NCBI GenBank assembly: GCA_950097015.1
Contig: CATNEN010000034.1
Coordinates: 5,146,001 to 5,210,000, forward strand
DNA length: 64,000 nt
Direction of reading: 5' to 3'
Source of the DNA: Macrostomum hystrix
Lineage: Eukaryota > Animalia > Platyhelminthes
Position numbers and translations under genes: made by a program. The first letter of the stretch is position 1; each line of letters opens with the position of its first letter. The notes below the pieces were generated by a model. That model searched no databases, was not told where the DNA came from, and was given only the letters and a program-made list of their open reading frames with translations. This document shows, one piece after another, positions 1 through 12,609 of this stretch.

Positions 1-600
1 AATCGTCTAGTGGAAGAAGCGTCAGGTTGAAGAAGTGTCAGGTCGAAGAATCGTCTAGTGGAAGAAGCGTCAGGTTGAAGAAGTGTCAGGTCGAAGAATC
101 GTCTAGTGGAAGAAGCGTCAGGTTGAAGAAGCTTCTTGTCAAAGCGTTAGGTCAAAGAAGCGTCAGGTTGAAGAAGCTTCTTGTCAAAGCGTTAGGTCAA
201 AGAAGCGTCAGGTTGAAGAAGCTTCTTGTCAAAGCGTTAGGTCAAAGAAGCGTCAGGTTGAAGAAGCTTCTTGTCAAAGCGTTAGGTCAAAGAAGCGTCA
301 GGTTGAAGAAGCTTCTTGTCAAAGCGTTAGGTCAAAGAAGCGTCAGGTTGAAGAAGCTTCTTGTCAAAGCGTTAGGTCAAAGAAGCGTCAGGTTGAAGAA
401 GCTTCTTGTCAAAGCGTTAGGTCAAAGAAGCGTCAGGTTGAAGAAGCTTCTTGTCAAAGCGTTAGGTCAAAGAAGCGTCAGGTTGAAGAAGCTTCTTGTC
501 AAAGCGTCTGGTCGAGGAAGCGTCAACTCGAAGAAGCGTCTGGTCGAAGAAGCGTCAGGTCGAAGAAGTGCCAGGTCGAAGAAGTGCCAGGTCCAAGAAG
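1..600. repeat. Tandem repeat, 45-bp unit (GGTTGAAGAAGCTTCTTGTCAAAGCGTTAGGTCAAAGAAGCGTCA) with degenerate flanks; probably intronic to the GPCR
   Basis: GGTTGAAGAA recurs at 121, 166, 211 etc. The 205-aa ORF 27..644 is its translation (15-aa period). Confidence 0.95.
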
Positions 601-727
601 CGACCCTTTCTATCCTTGTTTATCCTTTGAAGTTACTCTCCTAACCCTAGTATGAGCTGTTTACTCGTGGCTATGAAAACGTTGAAGACTAGCAGCGAAT
701 CGTCCTTCAACTCGTCTATCATTGCAG

Positions 728-1256
728 CATTCGCCATGCTGCTGAACACTTTCTCGCTAGTCTCCATGGCGATAATCAGAGCCAGAATGAGTGCAGCAAC
801 ACAGGCCGGGGCCAGGCGCCTTGCCAACCGCACCATGGCCGTCTTTGTAGCCCTGAGCTGGGCACTGGCCGCCGGGCTGTCGGCCCCGGCCCTCTTTGTC
901 TACTCGCTGAAGATAATTCGTCTGCACCGGCCCCAGAATATGACGCTGAACTTCACAGAGAGAACCTTCGACACACCCTACCAGTACTGCACAGAGACAT
1001 CTTTTGGAGAACACTCGGCGAGGCAGGTCGCCTCCTTGGCGCTGCTGATTGTGCTGACCATATGTCCGCTGGCCATTATCTGCCTTAGCTATGGCATAGT
1101 GGCCAGAGCTATCTTGCGGCACTTTGCTCGACTAGAAAACGAACGAGCAGCCATCTCTATGCTGCTGCAGCGCTCAGTGGAGGAAGAAGAGCCGGTCGAT
1201 ATTGATGGTTCAACGGTGCAACAGCGACCGAAGCGGCAACCACAAACCTCTACTAG
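728..1256 (+). CDS. Class A (rhodopsin-like, peptide-receptor-like) GPCR, internal exon encoding TM3-TM5 and ICL3; TM1-2 lie upstream of the window
   Basis: Translation FAMLLNTFSLVSMAIIRAR (TM3), VALSWALAAGLSAP (W4.50, Pro), YQYC (ECL2 Cys), ICPLAIICLSY (P5.50, Y5.58). Donor AG|GTATGT at 1256/1257. Acceptor TTGCAG| at 727/728 is preferred; CCCTAG| at 650/651 is an alternative. Confidence 0.85.
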
Positions 1257-1676
1257 GTATGTCACTAGTACTAACAGTTTGAAACATTTGTCTTGAATGT
1301 ACATTCGTAAAAATCATTTCAAAGCTGGTATCATTTAGCGACAGTCGACCCGGAACCAACAAGAAGGCGATACAGCCCATTTCGTTTATCCCTGAGCACA
1401 GTCACTCATGAAGGTATGGAAATCAGCCCTGATTTTCTCAATGTCAGGTGGTGATATTCTGTCGTGTACACTTGCACGACAGAAGCCCAAATTAATATGG
1501 CCTCGCCATATTAACTTTTGTGCGTAAGTCGGATACAACCGCTACACCGCGCAACACTCATCTAGACTATTATTAAGGCATATTTATTTTTACTCAGTTT
1601 GTCATGTCACTTTTTGAGAATTTTCGGCTTTGCAACTGCAGACTGAGTCTTTAAATATTTCGTAAATAATCGTCAG

Positions 1677-2022
1677 TGTGGCGATAGGTGCAACAAGCAA
1701 TCGTGATGCACGAAATCAGCAGCAGCAGCCACTGGCTCCAGAATCCGGCACTCACAAGAGAGCCCTTCGAACCATCGTCATCCTGGTTGTCTGTTTCTTC
1801 ATCTGCTGGCTACCAAAGGAGCTGCTAATTGTCCTGCTAAACTTTATATGGCGCAAGCCGGTGCCAGGTGGCCAGCCGGCGGTTGGCATCCTGCTGCGCA
1901 ACCTCCTGGATTACGCCACCATCCTGCAGTACGCGCACACAGCACTGTCCGCCTTCCTCTATCCGTACCTGAGCTCGGACTATCGCGCCAGGGTGCAACA
2001 ACTCGTGCGTAGATTGCGCTGA
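1677..2022 (+). CDS. GPCR terminal exon (TM6-TM7-helix 8)
   Basis: Acceptor CGTCAG| at 1676/1677 is phase-compatible with the 1256 donor (AG+T=Ser). HKRALRTIVILVVCFFICWLP has the CWxP motif. LQYAHTALSAFLYPYLSSDYR is TM7/H8. Stop TGA 2020-2022. Confidence 0.88.
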
Positions 2023-3823
2023 CCTAAAGAGATTGGGACTTTTGCAGATAAGGAAGCAGACAGAAGTTTTTTTCTTGAAGAGTTGAGTCAACACCCAAAT
2101 TCTAACCCTAGCCTCAGACTAGACAGCTGAAGTTTACATTCGAAAACCTTACATTCGTCCATAAGCTGTCGTACGAGATAATTTTAGTCTCCCTCATTTT
2201 TGTCCGCCCTACCAATTTCCCGAGTTTCTTCCTGCCTCTAGCTCTCTATTTGTCATTATGAGGCACAAGCAACGGAGGCGGCAATAATCCCTCTTAATCT
2301 TCAACCCCCGCCCCTCTGTTCCGCCATCAGGATTTCTCAATCTTCCTCTCGGCCTCCCGTTCCTGGTCTAGGTTCTTTCCCTAGCCGTGTCTGCGCCCTA
2401 ATTCTGAGGCCCACCCGAAGCCCTGCTATCTTCGTCATTTGACAGGCAAATTAGAGGACCTCAATAAGCATCGACCAAGAAGCTCTAGCAGATTTTTCTT
2501 TTTTTCGCTCGCTCTGCCGACAGCGATGTGGGAGTTCTCGTCGACCTTCAAGCATCTATTTTTTATCATCTCTTTGATGTTTTCCACATATATATATTCG
2601 CGTTTGAAGTTTTTCCGGCCTATTGTACCGCCCACTTCATTAGCAGTCATGCACTCCTCTTTGTGTCTCGAATGCCAGAAAAAGCAATCACGAACAAATG
2701 TTGAACCCAAATTAACTGTAATCTGAAAGTTTAAACTCACGCTGAACGGAAACGACTTTGTAAAGTAACAACCGAATCGGATGACGTTGCTTAAATGGTA
2801 AATTTCTGTGTGTTGTGAAATTTTATGTGAAAACTAATAAATGGATGTGAAAATGCATGGGAAAATATATGCAATATATGTTTCGATGTGAGTGACCATG
2901 TGAAAACTACCAAATCTATGTGAAAATATATGTGAAAATCTTTGTAAAATTTGTTTCGATGTGAATTACTATGTGAAAACGTAGTATTGTGGATTAATAT
3001 GTGATGTGTGAAATTCCATGCGAAAATATATGTATCAAAATTTATATGTAAAGCTACTATATGTAAAAAATGTGAAATATTTAATAATAAGTATTTTTCT
3101 TTGTGAAAGCTACGCAATAAATATAGAAATTTAATTGAAAACTGTACGAAACTATACGCACAAGCCCAAAGACAAAGCTATCAATTTATTTTTGTGAAAT
3201 CAATCTACAGTCGCTCCGCGAATACGAAAAATACAAAAAAATCCACTGTTTTTGTCAATGTCCTATATGTTATAATCAGAATATCAGCTGTATTTGGATG
3301 CCCTAATATGCCCTCACGCTTCTAAGAAACAAATGAGCAGGAAGCTTTGAGCTGCAATCGAAAAAAACGCGGAAGATTTTCTTACAAATGGCCAAGCGCA
3401 GCCTGGCCACGCATGTAAAATTTGTCTTCTGGGGCTTATCTGATCTTCAGCAGCCGAAATCCTGCGGGCGTTTAAAGGCTCAGGCATTTACTCCCCTCGC
3501 ATAGGGCCGCCAGCCAGGCAGGTTTTCTGATTAATACCTGCACAAATTGTGGGCCCCGCATAGTCTCAGAGCCAAAGCAATTAGTCATGTCGCCTTCCAC
3601 CCCGCAACATGCCTCACAATACGAATCTCTCAACACTCGAATATGCGAGTCCCGCCCAGGCCGTCAGGTTCGCTCAGATTTCAAATTAGTGGGTCGAAGC
3701 GAGGCGTGAGTTAATCTGAAGAAAAATAATTCTCTTCGTTTATGAGTCGGCAAGGATATTTGCGATTCTGTATTGCGATCCGACCATGGCGAAAGGCTCT
3801 ACAGTTGAGAGATAAGAGAAGGT

Positions 3824-4300
3824 AGAGATGACACTCGGGAGAGATGAGACTGGGAAGAGATGAGACACGGGAGAGAGATGAGACAGGGGAGAGATGAGAC
3901 TGGGAAGAGATGAGGCACGGGAGAGAGATGAGACAGGGGAGAGATGAGACTGGGAAGAGATGAGACACGGGAGAGAGATGAGACTGGGGAGAGATGAGAC
4001 TGGGGAGAGATGAGACACGGAGAGAGATGAGACACGGGAGAGAGATGAGACACGGGAGAGAGATGAGACACGGGAGAGAGATGAGACACGGGAGAGATGG
4101 GACTGGGGAGAGATGAGACACGGAGAGAGATGAGACACGGGAGAGAGATGAGACACGGGAGAGAAATGAGACACGGGAGAGAGATGAGACACGGGAGAGA
4201 CATGAGACTGGGGAGAGATGAGACACGGGAGAGATGAGACTGGGGAGAAATGAGACACCGGGAGAGACGGGACAGGGGAGAGATGAGACACGGGGAGAGA
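3824..4300. repeat. Purine-rich minisatellite, 16-19-bp units (GAGATGAGAC[ACG/TG]GGGA); same family as 56140-56228 and 57310-58546
   Basis: Direct reading of GAGATGAGAC repeats. Confidence 0.95.
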
Positions 4301-4988
4301 CAGGAGCCGCTGACGCAGCTGTTAAACAAAATAATGAAAATCTGAAAATAATTATATATTGAACGGAATTCTATACTACGAGTACTTCTACTTCGTACTT
4401 CTACTTCGAGAAGTACTCGTACTTCTATTGGAATAAGGTTAAAAGTGCAAGAATGGTAAACTCGAAGCAATGCAGTTATTGGCAAGGCCTATTAGTATGT
4501 AGTCAGCTAGCTACAGCAAGTCAAAGTATACCTGAGTTATAATCATATATTCAATCTGGTTTGAGATGGTGTAATATGGATATACGAACTCAAACTCGCT
4601 TTGTGGATAATGGAGTAATTGATTATAGAGCACTCAACTGCACTTTATCGAGTTGGCTGTAGAATATGAGTAGATTGCAGGCCAGCTCAAACTGTTCATA
4701 ATTGAATCAGAACTATTGCACACAGGCCTGGTTCCTCATAGTCTGGCGTCAATGATAGATAAAAGAGCCTTCGTGCTTTTAGTGTTAGTGATATTGCCAA
4801 AAAACACCCGACTAGTTTATGTACGTATATGGAAAAATCATGAAGCCTAAATATAGAATCTGGAATTAGACAAATCCCAAAAGCCCACATTTTCCAAACC
4901 ATACTAGGATATGTGGCTATTCCACATTTACACTGGGCAAATGAGCAATTGACTCACAAATGAATAAATGAACTGCATTCATTTAGTC

Positions 4989-6172
4989 GGGGGTTGTAGC
5001 CTAGTGGGGGTTGTAGCCTATAGTTGGGGTTTTAGCCTATAGTAGGGGGTTGTAGCCTATAGTGGGAGTTGTAGCCTATAGTAGGGGGTTGTAGCCTATA
5101 GTGGGGGTTGTAGCCTATAGTGGGGGTTGTAGCCTATAGTGGGGGTTGTAGCCTATAGTGGGGGTTGTAGCCTATAGTGGGGGTTGTAGCCTATAGTAGG
5201 AGGTTGTAGCCTAGTAGGGGGTTGTAGCCTAGTAGGGGGTTGTAGCCTAGTAGGGGGTTGTAGCCTATAGTAGGGGGTTGTAGTCTAGTAGGGGGTTGTA
5301 GCCTATAGTAGGGGGTTGTAGCCTATAGTGGGGGGTTGTAGCCTTAGTAGGGGGTTCTAGCCTATATTAGGGGGTTGTAGCCTATAGTGGGGGTTGTAGC
5401 CTATAGTGGGGGTTGTAGCCTATAGTGGGGGTTGTAGCCTATAGTAGGAGGTTGTAGCCTAGTAGGGGGTTGTAGCCTAGTAGGGGGTTGTAGCCTAGTA
5501 GGGGGTTGTAGCCTATAGTAGGGGGTTGTAGTCTAGTAGGGGGTTGTAGCCTATAGTAGGGGGTTGTAGCCTATAGTGGGGGTTGTAGCCTATAGTAGGG
5601 GGTTGTAGCCTACAGTAGGGGGTTGTAGCCTATAATAGGGGGTTGTAGCCTATAGTGGGGGGTTGTAGCCTATATTAGGGGGTTGTAGCCTATATTAGGG
5701 GGTTGTAGCCTACAGTAGGGGGTTGTAGTCTAGTAGGGGGTTGTAGCCTAGTAGGGGGTTGTAGCCTATAGTAGGGGGTTGTAGTCTAGTAGGGGGTTGT
5801 AGCCTATAATAGGGGGTTGTAGCCTATAGTGGGGGGTTGTAGCCTATAGTAGGGGGTTGTAGCCTACAGTAGGGGGTTGTAGCCTATAATAGGGGGTTGT
5901 AGCCTATAGTGGGGGGTTGTAGCCTATAGTAGGGGGTTGTAGCCTATAGTAGGGGGTTGTAGCCTACAGTAGGGGGTTGTAGCCTATAATAGGGGGTTGT
6001 AGCCTATAGTGGGGGGTTGTAGCCTATATTAGGGGGTTGTAGCCTATATTAGGGGGTTGTAGCCTACAGTAGGGGGTTGTAGTCTAGTAGGGGGTTGTAG
6101 CCTAGTAGGGGGTTGTAGCCTAGTAGGGGGTTGTAGCCTAGTAGGGGGTTGTAGCCTATAGTAGGGGGTTGA
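4989..6172. repeat. G-rich minisatellite, 17-20-bp unit AGGGGGTTGTAGCCTATAGT
   Basis: Direct reading, about 60 copies. Confidence 0.95.
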
Positions 6173-6849
6173 AGCCCAGTCTTTGAGTAGTCCCACCCAG
6201 TCCATGTACTGAACAGCTGCAGCCGTACCCAGCCTACGGATTCGCAATAGCTGCAGCTGTGCCGTCGGTCGGGGTTTGCCGGTAGTCCTTGCTCAAAGCT
6301 GTATGGAAAGATTTAATTTACTTTCTTAAAACAACAAATATTGCTTAATAAAGCCGTTGAAACGGAAGTCAGTCAAGCGCTTATCAATTTTTTTTTATTA
6401 ATATCCCATGAATCGGTCAGGTAGAAAAAGTCAGAATCAGCAAAGGAAGCAGAAAATATACATTCTCTAATGGGTTGAATACTAAAGCCAAGTAATTAGT
6501 CTCAAACCTTGTTGGGAGGAAGCGTGACTTTCATTTACTTTTTTTACTTTTATATAAACTAATTAGCAGTACGAGTATTGGTTAACCTTCGTTAAGAAAA
6601 GTCAATCAAAAGTCAGGATTTGGAAATTAACTTGTGTTGTTGGTTTTTTAGTGTTGTTGGTTTTCAATGAAAAACACGCGCCAGTGTCTACTGAAAGTGT
6701 GTCAGTAGAATGAACAGACGAATTTTTTTAATACTCTCAGTATGAAATAACGTAAATGAGTTTAGGTTGCATTTCAAAATGACAGGTGCAAGTTAACACT
6801 TTGTACTATTATTAATTAACCATAATCACATTAAGATGATCGCCTTAGC

Positions 6850-7250
6850 TAGATAATTACCTCATTCAGATGATCAGAAAATATCAGATAATTAGCCCAT
6901 TTTTATTATCGTCAAGTATCTAGATAATTACCCCATTTAGGTGATCGTCAAATATCTAGATGATTACCCCATTTAGATGATCGTCAAATATCTAGATAAT
7001 TACCCCATTTAGATGATCGTCAAGTATCTAGATAATTATCAAGTATCTAGATAATTACCCCATTTAGATGATCGTCAAGTATCTAGATAATTACCTCATT
7101 TAGGTGATCGTCAAGTATCTAGATAATTACCTCATTTAGGTGATCGTCAAGTATCTAGATAATTACCCCATTTAGATGATCGTCAAATATCTAGATGATT
7201 ACCCCATTTAGATGATCGTCAAATATCAGATAATTATCCCATTTAGATTA
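6850..7250. repeat. 36-bp tandem repeat (TCGTCAAATATCTAGATAATTACCCCATTTAGATGA)
   Basis: TCGTCA at 6909, 6945, 6981. Confidence 0.9.
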
Positions 7251-8180
7251 TTGATGGTCTATACAATGGTCCAGACACATTTTCCAAATACTTATCGTGG
7301 CCACACTTAAAACACGAACAAGAAAAGAGACAACTTTTGAATGCTAATTGAAAATCTTAAAATGCTTTGCATTTTGCATGGTAATACGAGTTCTTGCATG
7401 TTTAACTTCCCTGTTTTTTAAAGACTTTTTTGTATTACATTTACTGTCACTTTCCAATTTTACTCTTCACCGATACGCGGATTAGCGATGATAAGAAAGG
7501 TGGTAATAATTAATCGCTTCCTTGTCGTAAAAATATTATTGACAATGACGAGGTGCAGATAGTGTCGAAATGATTTATGATGTGCAATCTAGAGTGCAAA
7601 CTTAAGTGCACTGGAGAACACAAAAATATGCGTTAGTGATACTGGTTTAACTTACGACTCAAATTTAGTATAACAAATATGATGAACAGAAAATGACACA
7701 TTAAAAGTAATAATATTTCATTCTTTTAAACATGCAGTGTGGTAGCGATACGCATCGATTTAACACAGTTAAAAAACACAGCTCAGTCCTATATTCTACT
7801 AATTTACAGCTAATGGTGCTGATACATATTGTTTTCAAAGTTACACCTGGGCGAGTGTGTGATGAGGTGAATCAATAAATCATTTAACAATGTCGAATTC
7901 GGAAATGAAGACTGACAAGATATTTAATATGATGTCCGAGTCGCGACCAAGTCGATTCAAACGATTCTGTACTTTAGTGTCCACAATGTGCAAGCAGCAA
8001 CTATTTATATCTACGAGGGCATAAAAATGGTTGTATTTTAGAACAAAGAGGTCACAGTGGTTCTGATGACTTAATCAATACGAATGCAGATACAACATAA
8101 ACAGTAAAACTTATTATAATCGAATAGTTAAAAAGTTACGGGTGAAAATTCATGAAAATTAAAAAAACTCGACTCCGCAT

Positions 8181-8352
8181 AAAGATAAGGACGCCCACCC
8201 CACTCCACACAGAGATAAAGACGCCCACCCCACTCCACACAAAGATAAGAACGCCCACCCCTCCACACAGAAATAAAGACGCCAACACTACTCCGTAAGG
8301 AGATAAGGACACCCACCCCACTCCACCCAGAGATAAGGACACCCACCCCACT
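8181..8352. repeat. ~30-bp tandem repeat (AGATAAGGACGCCCACCCCACTCCACAC), just downstream of the discoidin/F-lectin stop codon (likely 3' UTR)
   Basis: Units at 8181, 8211, 8241 and degenerate copies to ~8350. Confidence 0.85.
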
Positions 8353-8477
8353 CTGGAGCAATAGCATCCAGCCACTTAGCCCTGTTTTAGTAACTACATT
8401 TTTTACAAGAACTCGGACACAGTTAAAAGATAAAACACGTGCCAACAGCTAATTATTGATTTGTCCAGCTCAGCCAA

Positions 8478-8615
8478 TCAGTAGACGATCACCTCGCAAA
8501 GGGCGGCTTTAAACTGGCCCCGCCAGCGCGCGGTGTTGGCCAGCGGGCTGCCGCGGGCCTGAAGGTAGACAAAGCGACCGTTCATCAGGTGCGAGCAGGG
8601 CACGTGGATCCGAGG
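8478..8615 (-). CDS. Discoidin-discoidin-F-type-lectin protein, exon 8 (last): PRIHVPCSHLMNGRFVYLQARG...KAALCEVIVY*
   Basis: Acceptor TTCATTAG| at 8616/8615, phase 0. C..GRFV and LCEV.VY match the C-terminus of F-type lectin (FTP) domains. TGA 8480-8478. Not in the supplied ORF track. Confidence 0.85.
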   Translation of the reverse strand, partial: PRIHVPCSHLMNGRFVYLQARGSPLANTARWRGQFKAALCEVIVY

Positions 8616-8706
8616 CTAATGAAAAGAATTTTGCGAGGGGTTCAGTTAGAAAACTAGTTTTTATATTAAAAAATCAATTCTTTTTTAATAGCCGCTAAAA
8701 ACTCAC

Positions 8707-8849
8707 CTGCACCAGAGCTTTATTCAAACTATTAACGGTGCCGCAAAGTAGGTGCGGTCGAAAACGACCATTTCTAATCTTCTTTTTAGTCACGTAGACC
8801 TCCAGCCTATCCAGGTTGTCTAGCCGTCTAGTCAGGGTGGCCCCGATGC
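8707..8849 (-). CDS. Same gene, exon 7: IGATLTRRLDNLDRLEVYVTKKKIRNGRFRPHLLCGTVNSLNKALVQ
   Basis: Donor CAG|GTGAGT at 8707/8706, phase 0. Acceptor CTAACAG| at 8850/8849 (phase 1); an in-frame alternative starts at 8897. Confidence 0.75.
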
Positions 8850-9106
8850 CTGTTAGTGTCGGCGTTTTTGTTTCATCATTTAGGCGCGCTTTATCTACTT
8901 TAAGTAGCGTGCGGGTATTCTAAAAAATGTTCGATAAATCGTAGAAGATCGCTCAAGGTTAAGTGGTTGTGTCGCAAAGTGTCCGGCTCTCGCTCTGTGG
9001 TTGCGTAACTTATCCCTGTGAGTAGGTGTGCTCAGGGGCCAGCGGAATGAGTAAAAAAACTGCGCTAAAAGCAATTGAAAATGAAATACATAGCCAGCCA
9101 ACTCAC

Positions 9107-9572
9107 TGGAATCGTTGAGTCCTGTGTAGATAAATACTCCCTGCACTGGCTGTCTGATCTTGAAGTCCACAGCCCAGGCCGGGATGGCGACTTCCGCGTT
9201 GCTAAGGACATCACACGAGTGCCTAGCAACCAGGCCGTCGACCGCCTTGCTGGATGGCGGATCCTCCTGCCAGCTGTCTCCACTGCCAAGATGTCGCTTC
9301 CGGTGCTTGCCGCCCGAAGCGTCTCCGCCACTGCTGCCATCGTTGACATAGGCATTTTTACCGTAAGCCAGGTTACCCTGGCAACGCGTGGCATTGTTGA
9401 CCCGAAAGTAGCCGGGACCGCAGGCACCACGGTGCGGGCAGCCGTAGACGCCGGCCCGCATGGCGATGCGATTGTGCCAGGAGTCCGGGTGGAAGCGAAC
9501 GTAGCGAGCCACGAACGGCTTGTTGAGATAGTGCACCCGCTCGGTGTTGCGGTCCATGTTGCCGCCGAATAT
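9107..9572 (-). CDS. Same gene, exon 6: end of F5/8C domain 2 (IFGGNMDRNTERVHYLNKPFVARYVRFHPDSWHNRIAMRAGVYGC) and start of FTP-like domain (NLAYGKNAY...SSKAVDG...C...PAWAVDF)
   Basis: Acceptor CAAAG| at 9573/9572 phase 0; donor A|GTGAGT at 9107/9106 phase 1; overlaps ORF 8895..9557. Confidence 0.9.
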
Positions 9573-10097
9573 CTTTGCGACAAAGACCGGGCACTTATTA
9601 TCGAATTGACTAATTTGTACATTTGAAATTGCTTGGCTGCCCGCCTTAAAAACCCGACTCGCGCCTTATCGATCTCACTCAATCCTTTCCTCGACGCTGA
9701 TTGGCTAGCCAGATTTCACCCACCCCCGCCTCATCGATCCAATTCGACGAATCTTGACGCTGATTGGCTGGCTCACTTTTTTTAACCCCCACGCGATATC
9801 TGTATCTACACATTCGTTTGAAAAAATATAAACAGAAAAAATACGTCCTAGTAACACCATGGTAACCATCCCTTGGCATTGGACTTTTCGAATGTGTTAG
9901 TCGTTCGCTATTAAACTAGTTTATTTTATTTAATACAAAGTATTTTAATACACTATTTAAACTAAAATTGTTATTTGTATAAAAAGAGTGTAGCTTATCC
10001 ATTAATAATATTAATTATTTATTTAAATACATTGAATCACTGTTATGGTTTAGAAATAAATTGTTGAAATAAGTTGGATAACTTAATCTGGTCGCAA

Positions 10098-11030
10098 ATT
10101 GTGAAGCCATGGAAGGTTTGTGATCATTGTGAAGTCATGAAAGGTTTGTGATCATTGTGAAGACATGGAAGGTTTGTGATCATTGTGAAGTCATGGAAGG
10201 TTTGTGATCATTGTGAAGTCATGGAAGGTTTGTGATCATTGTGAAGTCATGGAAGGTTTGTGATCATTGTGAAGTTATGGAAGGTTTGTGATCATTGTGA
10301 AGTCATGAAAGGTTTGTGATCATTGTGAAGTCATGGAAGGTTTGTGATCATTGTGAAGTCATGAAAGGTTTGTGATCATTGTGAAGTCATGAAAGGTTTG
10401 TGATCATTGTGAAGTCATGGAAGGTTTGTGATCATTGTGAAGACATGGAAGGTTTGTGATCATTGTGAAGTCATGGAAGGTTTGTGATCATTGTGAAGAC
10501 ATGGAAGGTTTGTGATCATTGTGAAGTCATGGAAGGTTTGTGATCATTGTGAAGACATGGAAGGTTTGTGATCATTGTGAAGTTATGGAAGGTTTGTGAT
10601 CATTGTGAAGTCATGGAAGGTTTGTGATCATTGTGAAGTTATGGAAGGTTTGTGATCATTGTGAAGTCATGAAAGGTTTGTGATCATTGTGAAGTCATGG
10701 AAGGTTTGTGATCATTGTGAAGTCATGAAAGGTTTGTGATCATTGTGAAGTCATGAAAGGTTTGTGATCATTGTGAAGTCATGGAAGGTTTGTGATCATT
10801 GTGAAGACATGGAAGGTTTGTGATCATTGTGAAGTCATGGAAGGTTTGTGATCATTGTGAAGACATGGAAGGTTTGTGATCATTGTGAAGTCATGGAAGG
10901 TTTGTGATCATTGTGAAGACATGGAAGGTTTGTGATCATTGTGAAGTCATGAAAGGTTTGTGATCATTGTGAAGTCATGAAAGGTTTGTGATCATTGTGA
11001 AGACATGGAAGGTTTGTGATCGTTGTGAAA
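10098..11030. repeat. 28-bp intronic tandem repeat GTGAAGTCATGGAAGGTTTGTGATCATT
   Basis: AAGGTTT at 10141, 10169 etc. Confidence 0.95.
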
Positions 11031-11606
11031 ACAAAAAACGGAAGTGAAGAAGTTAAAATACAGATCCAGGGGACTTCATTTGAACATAGAAATGACGTCA
11101 CAGTAAGGCAGAGACTGAACCGCCAATTATCTCAAATACAAAGACCCGCGCAACATGCGAATGAATGAATAAGTCATTACTAGATCTGTGCTTAAAATTT
11201 CCAATTATCAAAGAAATAATCTAAATGACTGGCAGTAATTAGTGTGCTTCAAAATCAATCAATCAATCACAAAAACACACAGGCATACACATGCAAGCAC
11301 ACGGAAACAAGTTTGAATCACCCGTAAACGCAGTTTGCAGTTGTCGAAGCGTGTAATTATTCTAAAAATTGTTAAATTTTGCAGCCATTCATTCTATTCT
11401 ATGCTCGTATAAGGGTAAGGCCGACAAAATTGGAATAGCTTTTAAACAGTCAATTTCACAACTCGACATTATCCATTATCAATCGATCCTGTCCATTGTA
11501 GTACAGGCTATACCTGTCCTGATTTTTCTCTCTTTCTGTCAGTTAGCTGGACTTTAAATAGTGCCGACCGAATCTCCCCATAGACAGTCACTAATTTGCA
11601 ACTGAC

Positions 11607-12066
11607 CGATTCCTGTTTCGATTCTAGCTCCGATTCCTGTTTCGATTCTAGCTCCGATTCCTGTTTCGATTCTAGCTCCGATTCCTGTTTAGATTCTAGC
11701 TCCGATTCCTGTTTAGATTCTAGCTCCGATTCCTGTTTACGAGCTCGTAGATTCTAGCTCCGATTCCTGTTTAGATTCTAGCTCCGATTCCTGTTTAGAT
11801 TCTAGCTCCGATTCCTGTTTAGATTCTAGCTCCGATTCCTGTTTAGATTCTAGCTCCGATTCCTGTTTAGATTCTAGCTCCGATTCCTGTTTAGATTCTA
11901 GCTCCGATTCCTGTTTAGATTCTAGCTCCGATTCCTGTTTAGATTCTAGCTCCGATTCCTGTTTAGATTCTAGCTCTGATTCCTGTTTAGATTCTAGCTC
12001 CGATTCCTGTTTAGATTCTAGCTCCGATTCCTGTTTAGATTCTAGCTCCGATTCCTGTTTAGATTC
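11607..12066. repeat. 24-bp intronic tandem repeat GATTCCTGTTTAGATTCTAGCTCC, with one palindromic interruption at 11738-11749
   Basis: GCTCCG at 11651, 11675 etc. Confidence 0.95.
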
Positions 12067-12609
12067 CTTCTGGGATTTTACAAGCTAGATTTGTTTTTTT
12101 TGTGATTTATATCTGCAACTTTCGCAGCGACTCACTCCTGGCATCAAGCTTAGCTGTTGCATTAAAAAGTCTAAATAGAAGTTAGTCAATAATATTTGAA
12201 TTGAACTCTATAAGAAATACTTGTAACTAGAGTTATAGCTACGCTAATCAACTAGAAAGGCGATTAATTAACGAGAAGAAAATACACTCGTAATAATCAT
12301 GGATAGAATTATTGATAAAGTACTATTGAAATCGACAGAATAATCAACTACCTCAGGCACGTGCTAAATTAAGAAAAATGCATTTCATTGGCCTGTTTGA
12401 GAAGGCATTCGATTAGTTTCAGGGGAATCAGAGGCTTGCAAAAGGCACACACCTGGAAGCTAGCAGCTTGCAATAAGATACTTACTGTGCCATTTTCGGT
12501 CAAATAGAAATTCCATTTCTCCTGAATTTATCGAATTCCGTAATAATAAATAGTGTTCATAGCTCAAGTGCTACAAAAAAGGTTCAGAAGATTCTAGAAG
12601 TTCACAGGC

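Noticed and set aside
652-727. ATG 652 as the GPCR start
   Set aside because: TM1-2 are missing and the Cys is 40 rather than 25 residues before R3.50; a good acceptor at 727/728 explains it as intron
2435-2740. Overlapping 101-aa and 95-aa ORFs after the GPCR
   Set aside because: AT-rich, no motif, no splice support
4989-6172. Interstitial telomeric repeat
   Set aside because: TTAGGG occurs only sporadically as a variant of a 20-bp unit
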